A stretch of 64,000 bases of DNA from Bacillota bacterium (GTDB taxonomy: Bacteria; Bacillota; Sulfobacillia; Fermentithermobacillales; Fermentithermobacillaceae): positions 111,408 to 175,407 of the forward strand of contig JBMNKK010000003.1 in the NCBI GenBank assembly GCA_050952125.1, read 5' to 3'. The notes under the pieces were generated by a model. That model had not been told where the DNA came from. It saw only the letters and a list, made by a program, of their open reading frames with translations, and did not search any database. Of this stretch, positions 9,386 to 20,038 are shown in pieces. The position numbers and the translations under genes were made by a program. Position 1 is the stretch's first letter. Every line of letters starts with the position of its first letter.

Positions 9386-10330
9386 ATGGCGAAATATGTG
9401 CTCGGGCGTATGGTGCGCGCTCTCATCACCATGGTCATTGTCCTCTCAATTGTATTCCTCCTGATGAGGCTCTTGCCCGTGGAAACGTACTACGGTGGTC
9501 GCTCCGACACCATGAGCGAGGCAGTGAAGGAGCAGATCTTAAGGTCTCTGGGCCTTCTAGACCCGCTGCCTAAGCAACTCCTTAACTTCTGGAAAAACCT
9601 CCTGCGAGGAGACTTGGGCAAGTCCATCATCTATCGTAAGGGCGTTGATAACGTTGACATCATTTTGCCGAAAGCCGTTTATTCTTTCCGGTTCGGTATA
9701 GCATCCCTAGGCATCAGCCTGGTACTTGGCCTTTCCCTGGGTGTCTTGATGGCGACTTATAAAGGAAGACATATTGATAGGCTGGGTAACACTTACATCC
9801 TGCTTATCAACGCTCTACCTGCAGCGGTCTATTACTTGTTCATACAGCTCTTCATTACCAGTCTCTTCAAGATACCGATGCTGTATGACGCAAAAAATCC
9901 GGTAACTTGGATTCTCCCTACCATATCCATGTCCTTAGGCGGCATCGCGTCAAACGCTATGTGGATGAGGCGCTATATGGTCGATCAACTGAACCAAGAT
10001 TATATACGGTTGGCATTGGCCAAGGGTATGAGTAGCAGGCAGGTGGCGTTTCGCCACATTCTGAGGAACGCGTTCATCCCCATGTCCCAGTCGCTGCCCA
10101 CCTCTCTTCTGTTCACCATATCCGGCTCACTTTACATTGAATCCCTGTATTCCATCCCTGGAATGGGCGGCCTTCTGATTACGGCCATCCAGCGCCAGGA
10201 TAACACGTTAGTGCAGGCAATGGTTCTTCTGTATTCTGCTCTCAGCGTCACCGGTATGCTTCTCGGTGACCTCGCGATGATGGTATGCGATCCGCGGATC
10301 AAGTTGGTCAAGGAAGGGGGCGTCCGGTAA
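9386..10330 (+). CDS. oppB: oligopeptide ABC permease, copy 1
   Basis: GDLGKS, DYIRLALAKG (EAA loop), HILRNA, IESLYSIPGMG, DPRI. Confidence 0.9.
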   Translation: MAKYVLGRMVRALITMVIVLSIVFLLMRLLPVETYYGGRSDTMSEAVKEQILRSLGLLDPLPKQLLNFWKNLLRGDLGKSIIYRKGVDNVDIILPKAVYSFRFGIASLGISLVLGLSLGVLMATYKGRHIDRLGNTYILLINALPAAVYYLFIQLFITSLFKIPMLYDAKNPVTWILPTISMSLGGIASNAMWMRRYMVDQLNQDYIRLALAKGMSSRQVAFRHILRNAFIPMSQSLPTSLLFTISGSLYIESLYSIPGMGGLLITAIQRQDNTLVQAMVLLYSALSVTGMLLGDLAMMVCDPRIKLVKEGGVR

Positions 10331-11370
10331 TGGAGCAGTCTAAGCGCCGTAAGAATAAGTTCGAACAGCTTTCCGAAGGCTTCGAGGCTGTTGATATCCG
10401 GAATCAGGACCCCACAGCCCCCTCCCCATCCGATTATGGCGATGATATGTTCGAGCGTGCACATCAAGACAAGAGCGAGGCCGAGAGAACCGGTTACTCC
10501 AACTACTCGTACTGGGGGAGCACGCTCAGGCTGTTCCTCAAGAACAAAGTCTCGGTGTTCCTGCTCATTTTCTTGTTCTCGCTCCTCCTCTTTACTTTCA
10601 TCCAGCCTTTGCTTCCGAACCAACTGGACCCGACCACGATATACCAGAACCCTGAGACTGGCGTTCACTACAGGAATGTTCCGCCTAACGAGAAGTTCTG
10701 GTTTGGCACCAACAACATAGGCCAGGACCTCTGGAGCCGCATATGGAGCGGTACGCGGACATCTCTCTTCATCGGGCTGTGCGTGGCGGTTGTCACGAAC
10801 ATAGTAGGGATCTCGCTGGGATCCATCTGGGGATATGCCCGCAAGTACGATAAGCTGTTCACCGAGATCTACAACCTGTTTGACAATATACCTTACACGG
10901 TGCTGCGCATGCTGATCACGTTCATCATGCGCCCCAGCCTGTTCACCATGGTATTCGTCATGTGTCTCACCGGGTGGATACGCATGGCCAAGTACATCAG
11001 GAACCAGATCCTGATATACCGCGACCGCGAATATAACTTGGCGTCGCGCTGCCTGGGCACTCCAAGCTTGCGTATTGTGGTGAAGAACATACTGCCGCAG
11101 CTGATTTCCGTCATCATGCTTCAGACTGCGCTCTGCATACCTGATGCTATCGGTTCGGAAGTGTTCTTGACCTATATCGGCCTGGGGCTCCCCGTCTCCA
11201 TCCCCTCACTTGGCAACCTTATTAACGAAGGCCGTATGGTCATGCTGGTTCCCGCGCAGCGGTACCAGTTGTACTTCCCGGTCATAGTGGTGTCCATCAT
11301 CACGATTTCATTCTACGCGCTGGGCAATGCTTTCGCAGATGCCTCTGATCCCCGCAATCATCGAAGATAA
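10330..11370 (+). CDS. oppC: oligopeptide ABC permease, copy 1
   Basis: WFGTNNIGQDLWSRIWSGTRTSL, EYNLASRCLG, LGNAFADASDPR; ATG overlaps the oppB stop (TAATG). Confidence 0.9.
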   Translation: MEQSKRRKNKFEQLSEGFEAVDIRNQDPTAPSPSDYGDDMFERAHQDKSEAERTGYSNYSYWGSTLRLFLKNKVSVFLLIFLFSLLLFTFIQPLLPNQLDPTTIYQNPETGVHYRNVPPNEKFWFGTNNIGQDLWSRIWSGTRTSLFIGLCVAVVTNIVGISLGSIWGYARKYDKLFTEIYNLFDNIPYTVLRMLITFIMRPSLFTMVFVMCLTGWIRMAKYIRNQILIYRDREYNLASRCLGTPSLRIVVKNILPQLISVIMLQTALCIPDAIGSEVFLTYIGLGLPVSIPSLGNLINEGRMVMLVPAQRYQLYFPVIVVSIITISFYALGNAFADASDPRNHRR

Positions 11371-11383
11371 GGAGGGTGTACAT

Positions 11384-12439
11384 TTGTCTCAATCCGGAAC
11401 TTCAGACAAGATTCTCAGCGTTGAGAATCTGGTAGTTAAGTTTGGGCTTCGTGGACAAGTGCTTACAGCACTCCGCGGGGTATCTTTGGACCTGAGCGTA
11501 GGCGAAAGCCTGGCTATCGTTGGCGAGTCCGGTGCCGGCAAGAGCGTCTTCACCAAGACCTTTCTCGGCATGCTCGACGCGAACGGATGGGTCGACTCCG
11601 GCTCCATCATGTTCGAGGGCATGGACTTGGCCAAATTCAAGACAGAGGCTGAGTGGCTCAAGATCCGCGGGAAAAAGATCGCGATGGTGTTCCAGGACCC
11701 TATGACGGCTTTGAACCCCTTAAGAACTGCGGGCAGCCAGATACAGGAAGTGCTTACGCTCCACCAAGGGCTTCGAGGCGAGGCCGCCAAGGCAAGAGCG
11801 ATCGAAATACTCGATCAAGTAGGCATAACCGAACCTGCGTTGCGGTACGGGCAGTATCCTCACGAGCTTTCGGGAGGTATGAGGCAGCGCGTTGTCATTG
11901 CCATCGCGGTGGCGTGTAACCCGAGGATCTTGATCTGTGATGAGCCGACGACCGCTTTGGACGTGACTATCCAGGCTCAGATCCTCGCGCTCATCAAGAG
12001 GCTTCAAAAGCAGTTGGGCCTCACGATCATCTACATCACCCACGACTTAGGCGTTGTCGCCAACGTGGCTGACACCGTTGCGGTGATGTACGCCGGAGAT
12101 ATCATCGAGTACGGGACCGCCGAGGAAGTGTTCTATGACCCGCGCCACCCGTACACTTGGGCTCTTTTGTCGTCGCTCCCGCAGCTCGGGAAAAAGGGAG
12201 AGCCTCTGTACTCGATTATGGGTACTCCGCCGAACCTGTTCAAGGAGATCAAGGGCGATGCGTTCGCTCCCCGGAATCCCAACGCGCTGAAGATCGATTT
12301 CGTAGCACGTCCTCCCTATTTCCAGGTGACCCCTACGCACTACGCGCGCACATGGCTATTGGATCCGCGGGCAACGCGCATTGAGCCGCCTGAAGCCATC
12401 AAGGCGATGCGAGCGAAATACGAGAGGTATGCCAAATGA
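11384..12439 (+). CDS. oppD: oligopeptide ABC ATP-binding protein, copy 1
   Basis: [31 protein letters not shown]; TTG11384 after AAGGAGG. Confidence 0.92.
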   Translation: MSQSGTSDKILSVENLVVKFGLRGQVLTALRGVSLDLSVGESLAIVGESGAGKSVFTKTFLGMLDANGWVDSGSIMFEGMDLAKFKTEAEWLKIRGKKIAMVFQDPMTALNPLRTAGSQIQEVLTLHQGLRGEAAKARAIEILDQVGITEPALRYGQYPHELSGGMRQRVVIAIAVACNPRILICDEPTTALDVTIQAQILALIKRLQKQLGLTIIYITHDLGVVANVADTVAVMYAGDIIEYGTAEEVFYDPRHPYTWALLSSLPQLGKKGEPLYSIMGTPPNLFKEIKGDAFAPRNPNALKIDFVARPPYFQVTPTHYARTWLLDPRATRIEPPEAIKAMRAKYERYAK

Positions 12440-13377
12440 CAACCGACGCGAGAGAAGTACTGATAGACATCGAGAACCTTAGGGTTGAGTTCAAAGTTCG
12501 CGGCAGCAGACCCTTTGTAGCCGTAAGGGACGTTTCGTTCCAGATCTACAAGGGGGAAACGTTCGGCCTGGTCGGCGAGACGGGCTCGGGAAAAACCACC
12601 ATAGGCAGGGCGATCATCAGGATCAATGAGACTGCCGCCGGGACCATCAAGTTCCGCGGTCAGCAGATAAACGGCCTGGTCTCCAAGGAAGTCGACCGTA
12701 TGGTGACCCAGAAAATCCAGATGATCTTCCAAGACCCCATGGCCTCTCTCAACGAGCGCGCCAAAGTGGACTACATCGTTTCCGAGGGCCTGTACAATAC
12801 GAAGAACTACAAGGATGAGGCCGACCGCGTAGCCAAAGTGGAGAAAGCCCTACTGGAAGTGGGCCTGCTCCCCGAGTTCGCGTCGCGTTTCCCCCACGAG
12901 TTCTCAGGCGGACAGAGGCAGCGAATCGGGATAGCGAGAGCGCTCATCATGGAGCCCGAGTTTGTCATAGCCGACGAGCCCATATCGTCGCTGGACGTGT
13001 CCATCAGGGCCCAGGTGCTGAATCTGTTGTCAGCGCTGCAGAAAGAGAAAGGGCTTACCTACCTCTTCATCTCCCACGACCTCTCGGTGGTCCGGTTCAT
13101 CGCCGACCGTGTAGCGGTAATCCACAAGGGCGTTATAGTGGAACTGGCGGAGACTGAAGAGCTGTTCAGGATGCCGCTTCACCCGTACACGCGGGCTCTC
13201 CTATCGGCGATTCCCACGCCTGACCCGAGAATTGAGCGGGAGAAGACGGTGTTGGTGTACGATCCCACGTGTCACGATTACTCGAAAGATAAGCCCAAGT
13301 GGGTGGAGATTCGAGAGGGACACTTCGTTATGGGCAATGACGCGGAACTGGCGCAGTACAGGGCGATGCTCCAATGA
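12436..13377 (+). CDS. oppF: oligopeptide ABC ATP-binding protein, copy 1
   Basis: [31 protein letters not shown]. Confidence 0.92.
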   Translation: MTTDAREVLIDIENLRVEFKVRGSRPFVAVRDVSFQIYKGETFGLVGETGSGKTTIGRAIIRINETAAGTIKFRGQQINGLVSKEVDRMVTQKIQMIFQDPMASLNERAKVDYIVSEGLYNTKNYKDEADRVAKVEKALLEVGLLPEFASRFPHEFSGGQRQRIGIARALIMEPEFVIADEPISSLDVSIRAQVLNLLSALQKEKGLTYLFISHDLSVVRFIADRVAVIHKGVIVELAETEELFRMPLHPYTRALLSAIPTPDPRIEREKTVLVYDPTCHDYSKDKPKWVEIREGHFVMGNDAELAQYRAMLQ

Positions 13378-13389
13378 CTAACCGTCAAT
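12453..13389 (+). repeat. ~937-bp near-perfect direct repeat, copy A
   Basis: Matches 18644-19580 (offset 6191); the only difference I found by eye is synonymous TTG/CTG at 13027/19218. Confidence 0.9.
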
Positions 13390-13440
13390 AGAGAACGGTA
13401 GATAGTACCGCGAGCTGAAGGCCGGCCCCGGGATGCTTTG
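13390..13440 (-). pseudogene. decayed remnant of the 3' end of the 19576-20001 membrane-protein gene
   Basis: AGAGAACGGTAGatAGTACCGCGAGCTGA-AGGCCGgCC aligns to 19611-19649; 30 bp (19581-19610) are missing at an AAT microhomology. Confidence 0.75.
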
Positions 13441-13722
13441 GGGTCGGCCTTCGATTGTCTCCAATCGTCTTTTGTCACCATCGGAAAGACTCCAATCGTC
13501 CGCCGCCCTACCCTATTTGCCTGTTGCCCGTTGGCCCGATTGCTCATCTTCGATGATGAGTAAGCCTCTTAACTGGTTCGAAAGTGATGAATAACCAGCA
13601 TAAACCCAAAAATCCGATAAGTCCAAAAGGGATTCCTATAGTGTGCGTTGAATAGGCGATCCGATGCGGCGAGAAGCCGCGAGACATCATTTGAAAAGCC
13701 AATATCAACGAGGAGGGTAAGC

Positions 13723-15579
13723 ATGAAGAGACTCATAGCTGCGGTGTTGCTTATGTTCATGGCGGCCAGTTTTGCCGCCTGCGGGCAACAGGCTGAGCCG
13801 CCGCCACCGGTTAGCAAGCTGAGAGAGTCGGAAGACTACAACGCTGTGTATTCCAGCGAGCTTACCGGCATCAACTACTTGGTGACCAGTACCACACTGG
13901 AATTCGGCGTAGCCGCCAACTGCGTCGACGGGCTGGTCGAACACAACCATCTCGGCATCATCCAACCCGCTCTTGCTGAGAGCTGGACCGTCAGCGACGA
14001 CGGCCTTGTCTGGACCTTCAAGATCAGGCCGGGCGTCAAGTGGGTGACATGGGAAGGCGAGGAGTATGCCGAGGTTAAGGCGCAGGACTGGGTCGATGCC
14101 CACAAGTACGGCTTCAACCCGGCCAACGCCTCGAAAAACGCCAATGTGGTCTATGAAGCCGTGAAGAACGGCAAGGCGTATTACGACGGCGAGATCACCG
14201 ATTGGAACGAGGTCGGTATCAAGGCGCTCGACGACTACACCCTGCAGTACACTCTGAACCGCCCCATCCCCTACTTCCTGACGATGCTTACTTACGTTTC
14301 TTTCCTTCCTGTTAACGGCCAGTTCCTGGCCGAAGTGGGAGACAAGTTTGGCACTGATCATAAGAACATACTCTACAACGGGGCATACATCATCTCAGAG
14401 TGGGAGCCTCAGAACTTCCGCACCATGGTAAAGAACGAGAAGTACTGGGATGCGGACAACATCCACATCAAGAGGATGAACTACCGGTACAACAAGGAAG
14501 CCTCCACCTTGGGTCCCGACCTGTTCTTGCAGGGCGAGATCAGCTCTACCGGTATTTCGACCGCCATCTTGAACGACTGGCTGAACGATCCGGTTAGGAA
14601 GGAAATGGTGACGCCTGTCCGTCCCAGCACCTACAGCTACTTCTACGCGTTCAACTTCGACCCGCAGTTCGATGCCGAGTACGAGCCTGAGAACTGGAAG
14701 ATTGTCGTGAACAACAAGAACTTCCGGAAGTCTCTGTTCCACGGCCTCGATCGCATCTCGGCGATGCTCACGGCAGAACCCTTTGTCCCGGAGAACAAGA
14801 TCATCAACACCGTAACCCCGAAGAACTTCGTGGCGTACGGCGGCAAGGACTTTACGCAGTACGGTCCGCTGAAGGACATTGTTGACAGGGACAGCTTTGA
14901 CGAAGAAGAGGCCAAGAGATATCGCGACCTTGCCAAAGCCGAGCTCGAAGGCAAGGCTAAGTTCCCCGTGAAGGTAATGATGCCGTACAACGCTTCCGGC
15001 GCCGAGTGGACAAACCGCTGTGTTGTGGTTGAGCAGCAGCTGGAAGGGCTATTGGGAACGGATTACATCGATATCATCCCCGTTGGATTCCCGGGCACCA
15101 ACTTCCTGGCAAACAGGAGGACAGGCAACTATGCCTTCCTGGAGTGCAACTGGGGCCCCGACTACGCCGACCCCGAGACCTATTCCGATCCGTTCTACCC
15201 GCCGGCCAAGATGAACTACAACTGGCCGGAGAAGGCCGAAGGTTACACCGATGAGAACGGAAAGTGCCGCTATCAGAACCTCGTAGAGGCGGCTAAGGCC
15301 GAGGTTACCGACCTCGCCAAGCGCTTCGAGTTGTTCGCGATTGCAGAGGCATGGCTCATCGAAGAAGCCTTCATCATTCCTTACGGATTGGGCGGCGGCG
15401 GCTATCAAGCCAGCAAGGTTGAGCCTTTCACGGCTCCGTACGCTCCCTTTGGCATGGATAGCCTGAAGTGGAAGGGCCAGATCATCATGGAGAAGCCCAT
15501 GAACATGGAGCAGTACGCAGAGGCGCTTGCCAAGTGGGAAGCGGACCGTGCCGCGGCGCTTGCGGCGCAAGATCAGTAG
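13723..15579 (+). CDS. oppA: oligopeptide ABC substrate-binding lipoprotein (AmiA/AliA-like), copy 2
   Basis: Lipobox FAAC; LAESWTVSDDGLVWTFKIR, VGIKALDDYTLQYTL, WGPDYADPETY; ATG13723 after GAGGAGG. Confidence 0.92.
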   Translation: MKRLIAAVLLMFMAASFAACGQQAEPPPPVSKLRESEDYNAVYSSELTGINYLVTSTTLEFGVAANCVDGLVEHNHLGIIQPALAESWTVSDDGLVWTFKIRPGVKWVTWEGEEYAEVKAQDWVDAHKYGFNPANASKNANVVYEAVKNGKAYYDGEITDWNEVGIKALDDYTLQYTLNRPIPYFLTMLTYVSFLPVNGQFLAEVGDKFGTDHKNILYNGAYIISEWEPQNFRTMVKNEKYWDADNIHIKRMNYRYNKEASTLGPDLFLQGEISSTGISTAILNDWLNDPVRKEMVTPVRPSTYSYFYAFNFDPQFDAEYEPENWKIVVNNKNFRKSLFHGLDRISAMLTAEPFVPENKIINTVTPKNFVAYGGKDFTQYGPLKDIVDRDSFDEEEAKRYRDLAKAELEGKAKFPVKVMMPYNASGAEWTNRCVVVEQQLEGLLGTDYIDIIPVGFPGTNFLANRRTGNYAFLECNWGPDYADPETYSDPFYPPAKMNYNWPEKAEGYTDENGKCRYQNLVEAAKAEVTDLAKRFELFAIAEAWLIEEAFIIPYGLGGGGYQASKVEPFTAPYAPFGMDSLKWKGQIIMEKPMNMEQYAEALAKWEADRAAALAAQDQ

Positions 15580-15599
15580 ACCGAAGATGCGGTAGAGAG

Positions 15600-15632
15600 A
15601 GAGAAGACCGCCCCCGTGGTGGTCTTCTCTTT
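15600..15632 (+). terminator. intercistronic hairpin/partial terminator after oppA copy 2
   Basis: AGAGAAGACCGCC-CCGT-GGTGGTCTTCTCT followed by TT. Confidence 0.65.
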
Positions 15633-15665
15633 CCTGCATAGCAATGCGAGGGGCTGCTTTGGATC

Positions 15666-16610
15666 ATGCTGAGATATACTCTAAGACGTTTATGGCAATC
15701 AGCGGTGACCGTGTTCATCGTGATTACGGTCGTGTTCCTCTTAATGCGCCTTCTTCCCGTTGAAGGGTACTTTGAGGAGAACTATGACAAGCTGGACCCG
15801 GATCAGCGCGAGAACATCCTGCGGAGCTTAGGCCTCCTTGACCCGTGGTACGTTCAGCTTCGCACCTTCTACTCCAGCCTACTAAGGGGGGACCTGGGTA
15901 AATCCATTGTGTACCGCCCCAAAGTGGAGATTACCACCATTCTGGCAAGCAAAGTGCCTTACTCCGTGCGGTTTGGTCTTGCTGCCCTGTGCGTATCGCT
16001 AAGTCTGGGTTTGGCGATGGGAGTCGCCCAGGCACGGAACAAGGGGAAACTGGTGGACCGGTTGTTCACAGGTTACATAGTGTTCATCAACGCGGTACCC
16101 GCAGCAGTCTACCTGATCTTCATCCAGCTCTACGTATCCAGGAATTTGGGCCTGCCCATCCTGTTCAACCGGATATCGCCGATCAGTTGGGTCCTGCCGG
16201 CAGTATCCATGTCGTTGGGCGGCATAGCGGGCAACGCTATGTGGATGCGCCGGTATATGGTGGATGAACTCAACAAGGACTACATCAGGCTGGCGCGGGC
16301 CAAGGGCATGTCCGGCACCGCAATCATGGTTAAGCACGTAATGAGAAACGCCTTCGTGCCTATGGCGCAGTATCTGCCGGCATCCGTGCTGTTCACCATT
16401 TCCGGGTCCATCTACATCGAATCTCTCTACTCTATCCCGGGTATGGGCGGACTCTTGGTTGACGCCATTCAGCGGCAGGACAACACGCTGGTGCAGGCGC
16501 TCGTTCTCATATTCTCATCACTGGGGATAATCGGCCTGTTCCTCGGCGACGTGGCCATGGCTATCTTTGATCCCCGCATCAAACTCGAGAAACGAGGGGG
16601 GTCAAGGTAA
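15666..16610 (+). CDS. oppB: oligopeptide ABC permease, copy 2
   Basis: GDLGKS, DYIRLARAKG, HVMRNA, DPRI. Confidence 0.9.
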   Translation: MLRYTLRRLWQSAVTVFIVITVVFLLMRLLPVEGYFEENYDKLDPDQRENILRSLGLLDPWYVQLRTFYSSLLRGDLGKSIVYRPKVEITTILASKVPYSVRFGLAALCVSLSLGLAMGVAQARNKGKLVDRLFTGYIVFINAVPAAVYLIFIQLYVSRNLGLPILFNRISPISWVLPAVSMSLGGIAGNAMWMRRYMVDELNKDYIRLARAKGMSGTAIMVKHVMRNAFVPMAQYLPASVLFTISGSIYIESLYSIPGMGGLLVDAIQRQDNTLVQALVLIFSSLGIIGLFLGDVAMAIFDPRIKLEKRGGSR

Positions 16611-17575
16611 TGACTGCTAGGGAGCAAAGGACGCTGCAGGGCATCGAAGACTCCCTGTTCGACTTCGCAGAGTTCGATGCAAGTGCCGGCGAGCGCGGCG
16701 GCTACTCGAACTACTCGTACTGGGGCTCAACTCTCCGCATGTTTCTTAAGAACAAGACTGCGGTGATAGCGCTATGCACGATGATCGTACTCTTGGCCTT
16801 CACCTTCATCCAACCGTATTTGCCGAACCAGAAGGATCCGGTCAAAGTCTACCTCGACCCGGAGACGGGGCGGCAGATGATGAATCAGCCCCCGAACTGG
16901 GAGCACTGGTTCGGTACCAATTCCATCGGCCAGGACCTATGGTCTCGCATTTGGAGCGGTACGCGGACATCTCTCTTGATAGCCCTGGTCGTGGGGATAT
17001 GGGAAGTCGGCTTCGGCATAGCTTTCGGGGCGCTTTGGGGCTATGTGAGGCAGCTGGACGTCCTCATAACCGAGATCTACAACGTAATCAACAATATCCC
17101 GACCAGCATCGTCATGACGCTCTTGGCTTACATCATGCGTCCAAGCCTGACAACCATGATCTTGACCATGTGCGCCACAGGCTGGCTTGGGATGGCGCGT
17201 TTTGTTAGGAACCAGATCGTTATCATCCGCGACCGCGAGTACAACCTGGCTTCGCGGTGCCTGGGGACTCCGACGTCGCGCATCATCTCGAGAAACCTCC
17301 TCCCCTACCTTGTTTCCGTCATTGTGCTGCGCATTGCGCTCTCAATCCCCGGAACCATCGGCTGGGAGGTGTTCCTCACGTACATTGGGCTGGGCCTCCC
17401 GATCAACACCCCGTCCTTGGGCAACCTGGTTAACGAGGGCCGGAGGATCATCATGTCGCCCAGCTTAAGATACCAGCTGGTCTTCCCCGCTGTGGTGCTG
17501 TCAATCATAACGATCTCATTTTACGTGATGGGCAACGCTTTCTCAGACGCTGCCGATCCTCGTAATCACTACTAG
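16610..17575 (+). CDS. oppC: oligopeptide ABC permease, copy 2
   Basis: HWFGTNSIGQDLWSRIWSGTRTSL, EYNLASRCLG, DAADPR. Confidence 0.9.
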   Translation: MTAREQRTLQGIEDSLFDFAEFDASAGERGGYSNYSYWGSTLRMFLKNKTAVIALCTMIVLLAFTFIQPYLPNQKDPVKVYLDPETGRQMMNQPPNWEHWFGTNSIGQDLWSRIWSGTRTSLLIALVVGIWEVGFGIAFGALWGYVRQLDVLITEIYNVINNIPTSIVMTLLAYIMRPSLTTMILTMCATGWLGMARFVRNQIVIIRDREYNLASRCLGTPTSRIISRNLLPYLVSVIVLRIALSIPGTIGWEVFLTYIGLGLPINTPSLGNLVNEGRRIIMSPSLRYQLVFPAVVLSIITISFYVMGNAFSDAADPRNHY

Positions 17576-17586
17576 GAGGCGGAGCG

Positions 17587-18627
17587 ATGAGCGAACCTAT
17601 TCTTTCAGCAAGAGACGTGGTAGTGAAGTTCAGCCTCCGGGGCCAGGTGTTAACGGCCATCCGCCAAGCGTCTCTGGACCTCTACGAGGGCCAGACGCTT
17701 GCTATCGTAGGCGAATCCGGTTCCGGCAAGAGCGTCTTCACCAAGACCTTTCTCGGCATGCTCGACGCGAACGGATGGGTCGATTCCGGCTCGATCATGT
17801 TCGAGGGCATGGACCTCGCCAAGTTCAAGACAGAAGCTGAGTGGCTCAAGATCCGCGGGAAAAAGATCGCGATGGTGTTCCAGGACCCTATGACGGCTTT
17901 GAACCCCTTGAGGACCGTCGGCATGCAGATACGCGAGGTCATAGAACTCCACCAGGGGCTCCGGGGCGAGGAGGCCAAAGCCAAGACTCTTGAGATCCTG
18001 GACCAAGTAGGTATAGACAATCCCCCCATGAGATACCGGCAGTATCCTCATGAGTTTTCTGGAGGCATGAGGCAGCGCGTCGTCATCGCCATCGCGGTCG
18101 CGTGCAACCCGAGGATCTTGATCTGCGATGAGCCGACAACCGCTCTGGATGTCACCATTCAGGCCCAGATACTTGAGCTGATCCGCAACCTGCAAAAGCA
18201 GCTCAAACTGACGATTATCTACATCACCCACGACTTGGGCGTTGTGGCCAATGTGGCCGAGCATGTCGCAGTCATGTACGCCGGAGACATAATCGAATAC
18301 GGGACGGTGGAGGAGATTTTCTATGACGCTCGCCACCCGTACACGTGGGCTCTCTTGTCGTCTCTCCCGCAGCTCGGGATAAAGGGAGAGCCGCTGTACT
18401 CCATTACGGGTACTCCGCCGAACTTGTTTATGGAGATCAAGGGCGACGCGTTTGCTCCGCGGAATCCGAAGGCACTGAAGGTGGATCTTGTCCACCGCCC
18501 CCCGTTATTCAAGGTCTCGCCAACCCACTTCGCGCGCACATGGCTCTTGGACCCTCGTGCCCCTAAAGTTGAACCTCCCCAGACCATAAAGGCTCTGAGA
18601 GCCAAGTACGGGAGGGTTGCGACGTGA
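17587..18627 (+). CDS. oppD: oligopeptide ABC ATP-binding protein, copy 2
   Basis: [24 protein letters not shown]; AGGAGG RBS. Confidence 0.92.
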   Translation: MSEPILSARDVVVKFSLRGQVLTAIRQASLDLYEGQTLAIVGESGSGKSVFTKTFLGMLDANGWVDSGSIMFEGMDLAKFKTEAEWLKIRGKKIAMVFQDPMTALNPLRTVGMQIREVIELHQGLRGEEAKAKTLEILDQVGIDNPPMRYRQYPHEFSGGMRQRVVIAIAVACNPRILICDEPTTALDVTIQAQILELIRNLQKQLKLTIIYITHDLGVVANVAEHVAVMYAGDIIEYGTVEEIFYDARHPYTWALLSSLPQLGIKGEPLYSITGTPPNLFMEIKGDAFAPRNPKALKVDLVHRPPLFKVSPTHFARTWLLDPRAPKVEPPQTIKALRAKYGRVAT

Positions 18628-19568
18628 CAACGGACGTCAAGAAAGAAGTACTGATAGACATCGAGAACCTTAGGGTTGAGTTCAAAGTTCGCGGCAGCAG
18701 ACCCTTTGTAGCCGTAAGGGACGTTTCGTTCCAGATCTACAAGGGGGAAACGTTCGGCCTGGTCGGCGAGACGGGCTCGGGAAAAACCACCATAGGCAGG
18801 GCGATCATCAGGATCAATGAGACTGCCGCCGGGACCATCAAGTTCCGCGGTCAGCAGATAAACGGCCTGGTCTCCAAGGAAGTCGACCGTATGGTGACCC
18901 AGAAAATCCAGATGATCTTCCAAGACCCCATGGCCTCTCTCAACGAGCGCGCCAAAGTGGACTACATCGTTTCCGAGGGCCTGTACAATACGAAGAACTA
19001 CAAGGATGAGGCCGACCGCGTAGCCAAAGTGGAGAAAGCCCTACTGGAAGTGGGCCTGCTCCCCGAGTTCGCGTCGCGTTTCCCCCACGAGTTCTCAGGC
19101 GGACAGAGGCAGCGAATCGGGATAGCGAGAGCGCTCATCATGGAGCCCGAGTTTGTCATAGCCGACGAGCCCATATCGTCGCTGGACGTGTCCATCAGGG
19201 CCCAGGTGCTGAATCTGCTGTCAGCGCTGCAGAAAGAGAAAGGGCTTACCTACCTCTTCATCTCCCACGACCTCTCGGTGGTCCGGTTCATCGCCGACCG
19301 TGTAGCGGTAATCCACAAGGGCGTTATAGTGGAACTGGCGGAGACTGAAGAGCTGTTCAGGATGCCGCTTCACCCGTACACGCGGGCTCTCCTATCGGCG
19401 ATTCCCACGCCTGACCCGAGAATTGAGCGGGAGAAGACGGTGTTGGTGTACGATCCCACGTGTCACGATTACTCGAAAGATAAGCCCAAGTGGGTGGAGA
19501 TTCGAGAGGGACACTTCGTTATGGGCAATGACGCGGAACTGGCGCAGTACAGGGCGATGCTCCAATGA
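18624..19568 (+). CDS. oppF: oligopeptide ABC ATP-binding protein, copy 2
   Basis: Protein identical to copy 1 apart from the N-terminal 6-7 residues. Confidence 0.92.
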   Translation: MTTDVKKEVLIDIENLRVEFKVRGSRPFVAVRDVSFQIYKGETFGLVGETGSGKTTIGRAIIRINETAAGTIKFRGQQINGLVSKEVDRMVTQKIQMIFQDPMASLNERAKVDYIVSEGLYNTKNYKDEADRVAKVEKALLEVGLLPEFASRFPHEFSGGQRQRIGIARALIMEPEFVIADEPISSLDVSIRAQVLNLLSALQKEKGLTYLFISHDLSVVRFIADRVAVIHKGVIVELAETEELFRMPLHPYTRALLSAIPTPDPRIEREKTVLVYDPTCHDYSKDKPKWVEIREGHFVMGNDAELAQYRAMLQ

Positions 19569-19580
19569 CTAACCGTCAAT
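18644..19580 (+). repeat. ~937-bp near-perfect direct repeat, copy B
   Basis: Matches 12453-13389. Confidence 0.9.
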
Positions 19581-20001
19581 GGTACCTTGCGCCGATACCG
19601 AAAGCAGAATAGAGAACGGTAGCGAGTACCGCGAGCTGACAGGCCGACCACAAGAGAGCCGGGATGGGGTTCTTGAGGAGAGTCTCCACCCGGTTGTCTT
19701 GGAGGTCCGGCCTTCTCGGTACAAGACCGTACTTATCCCGGCGGCCGGTGAGTTCAGCTCCGGATACCTTATCTTCAGGGATATCGGTGGCAGCACCGGT
19801 CGTCTCCGGGTTGAACCCTCGAAAGGAGGTTTTCTTAAGGTAGACTAGCCAAGCCAGGAGAACGTAGAAGGCCATAAACACGGGGAGCATTACGGCGAGA
19901 TAGTACATCCTGCCGAACCCCCACAGCGCGACGGCCAAGGACACCGCAGATGCTGCGACCGAAAGGATTAGTCCGTGTGCGAACGATTCGAAGCGCATCA
20001 A
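19576..20001 (-). CDS. hypothetical membrane protein (about 3 TM segments)
   Basis: GGGAGGG RBS; two N-terminal and one C-terminal hydrophobic helices; convergent with oppF copy 2. Confidence 0.75.
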   Translation of the reverse strand: MMRFESFAHGLILSVAASAVSLAVALWGFGRMYYLAVMLPVFMAFYVLLAWLVYLKKTSFRGFNPETTGAATDIPEDKVSGAELTGRRDKYGLVPRRPDLQDNRVETLLKNPIPALLWSACQLAVLATVLYSAFGIGARYH

Positions 20002-20038
20002 AGTCCGATCCCTCCCAGCGTGAATAGTCTACACAATT

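Noticed and set aside
13592-13620. TCCGATAA as a sigma28 promoter for oppA copy 2
   Set aside because: No TAAA-like -35 at 15-16 nt spacing and no flagellar context
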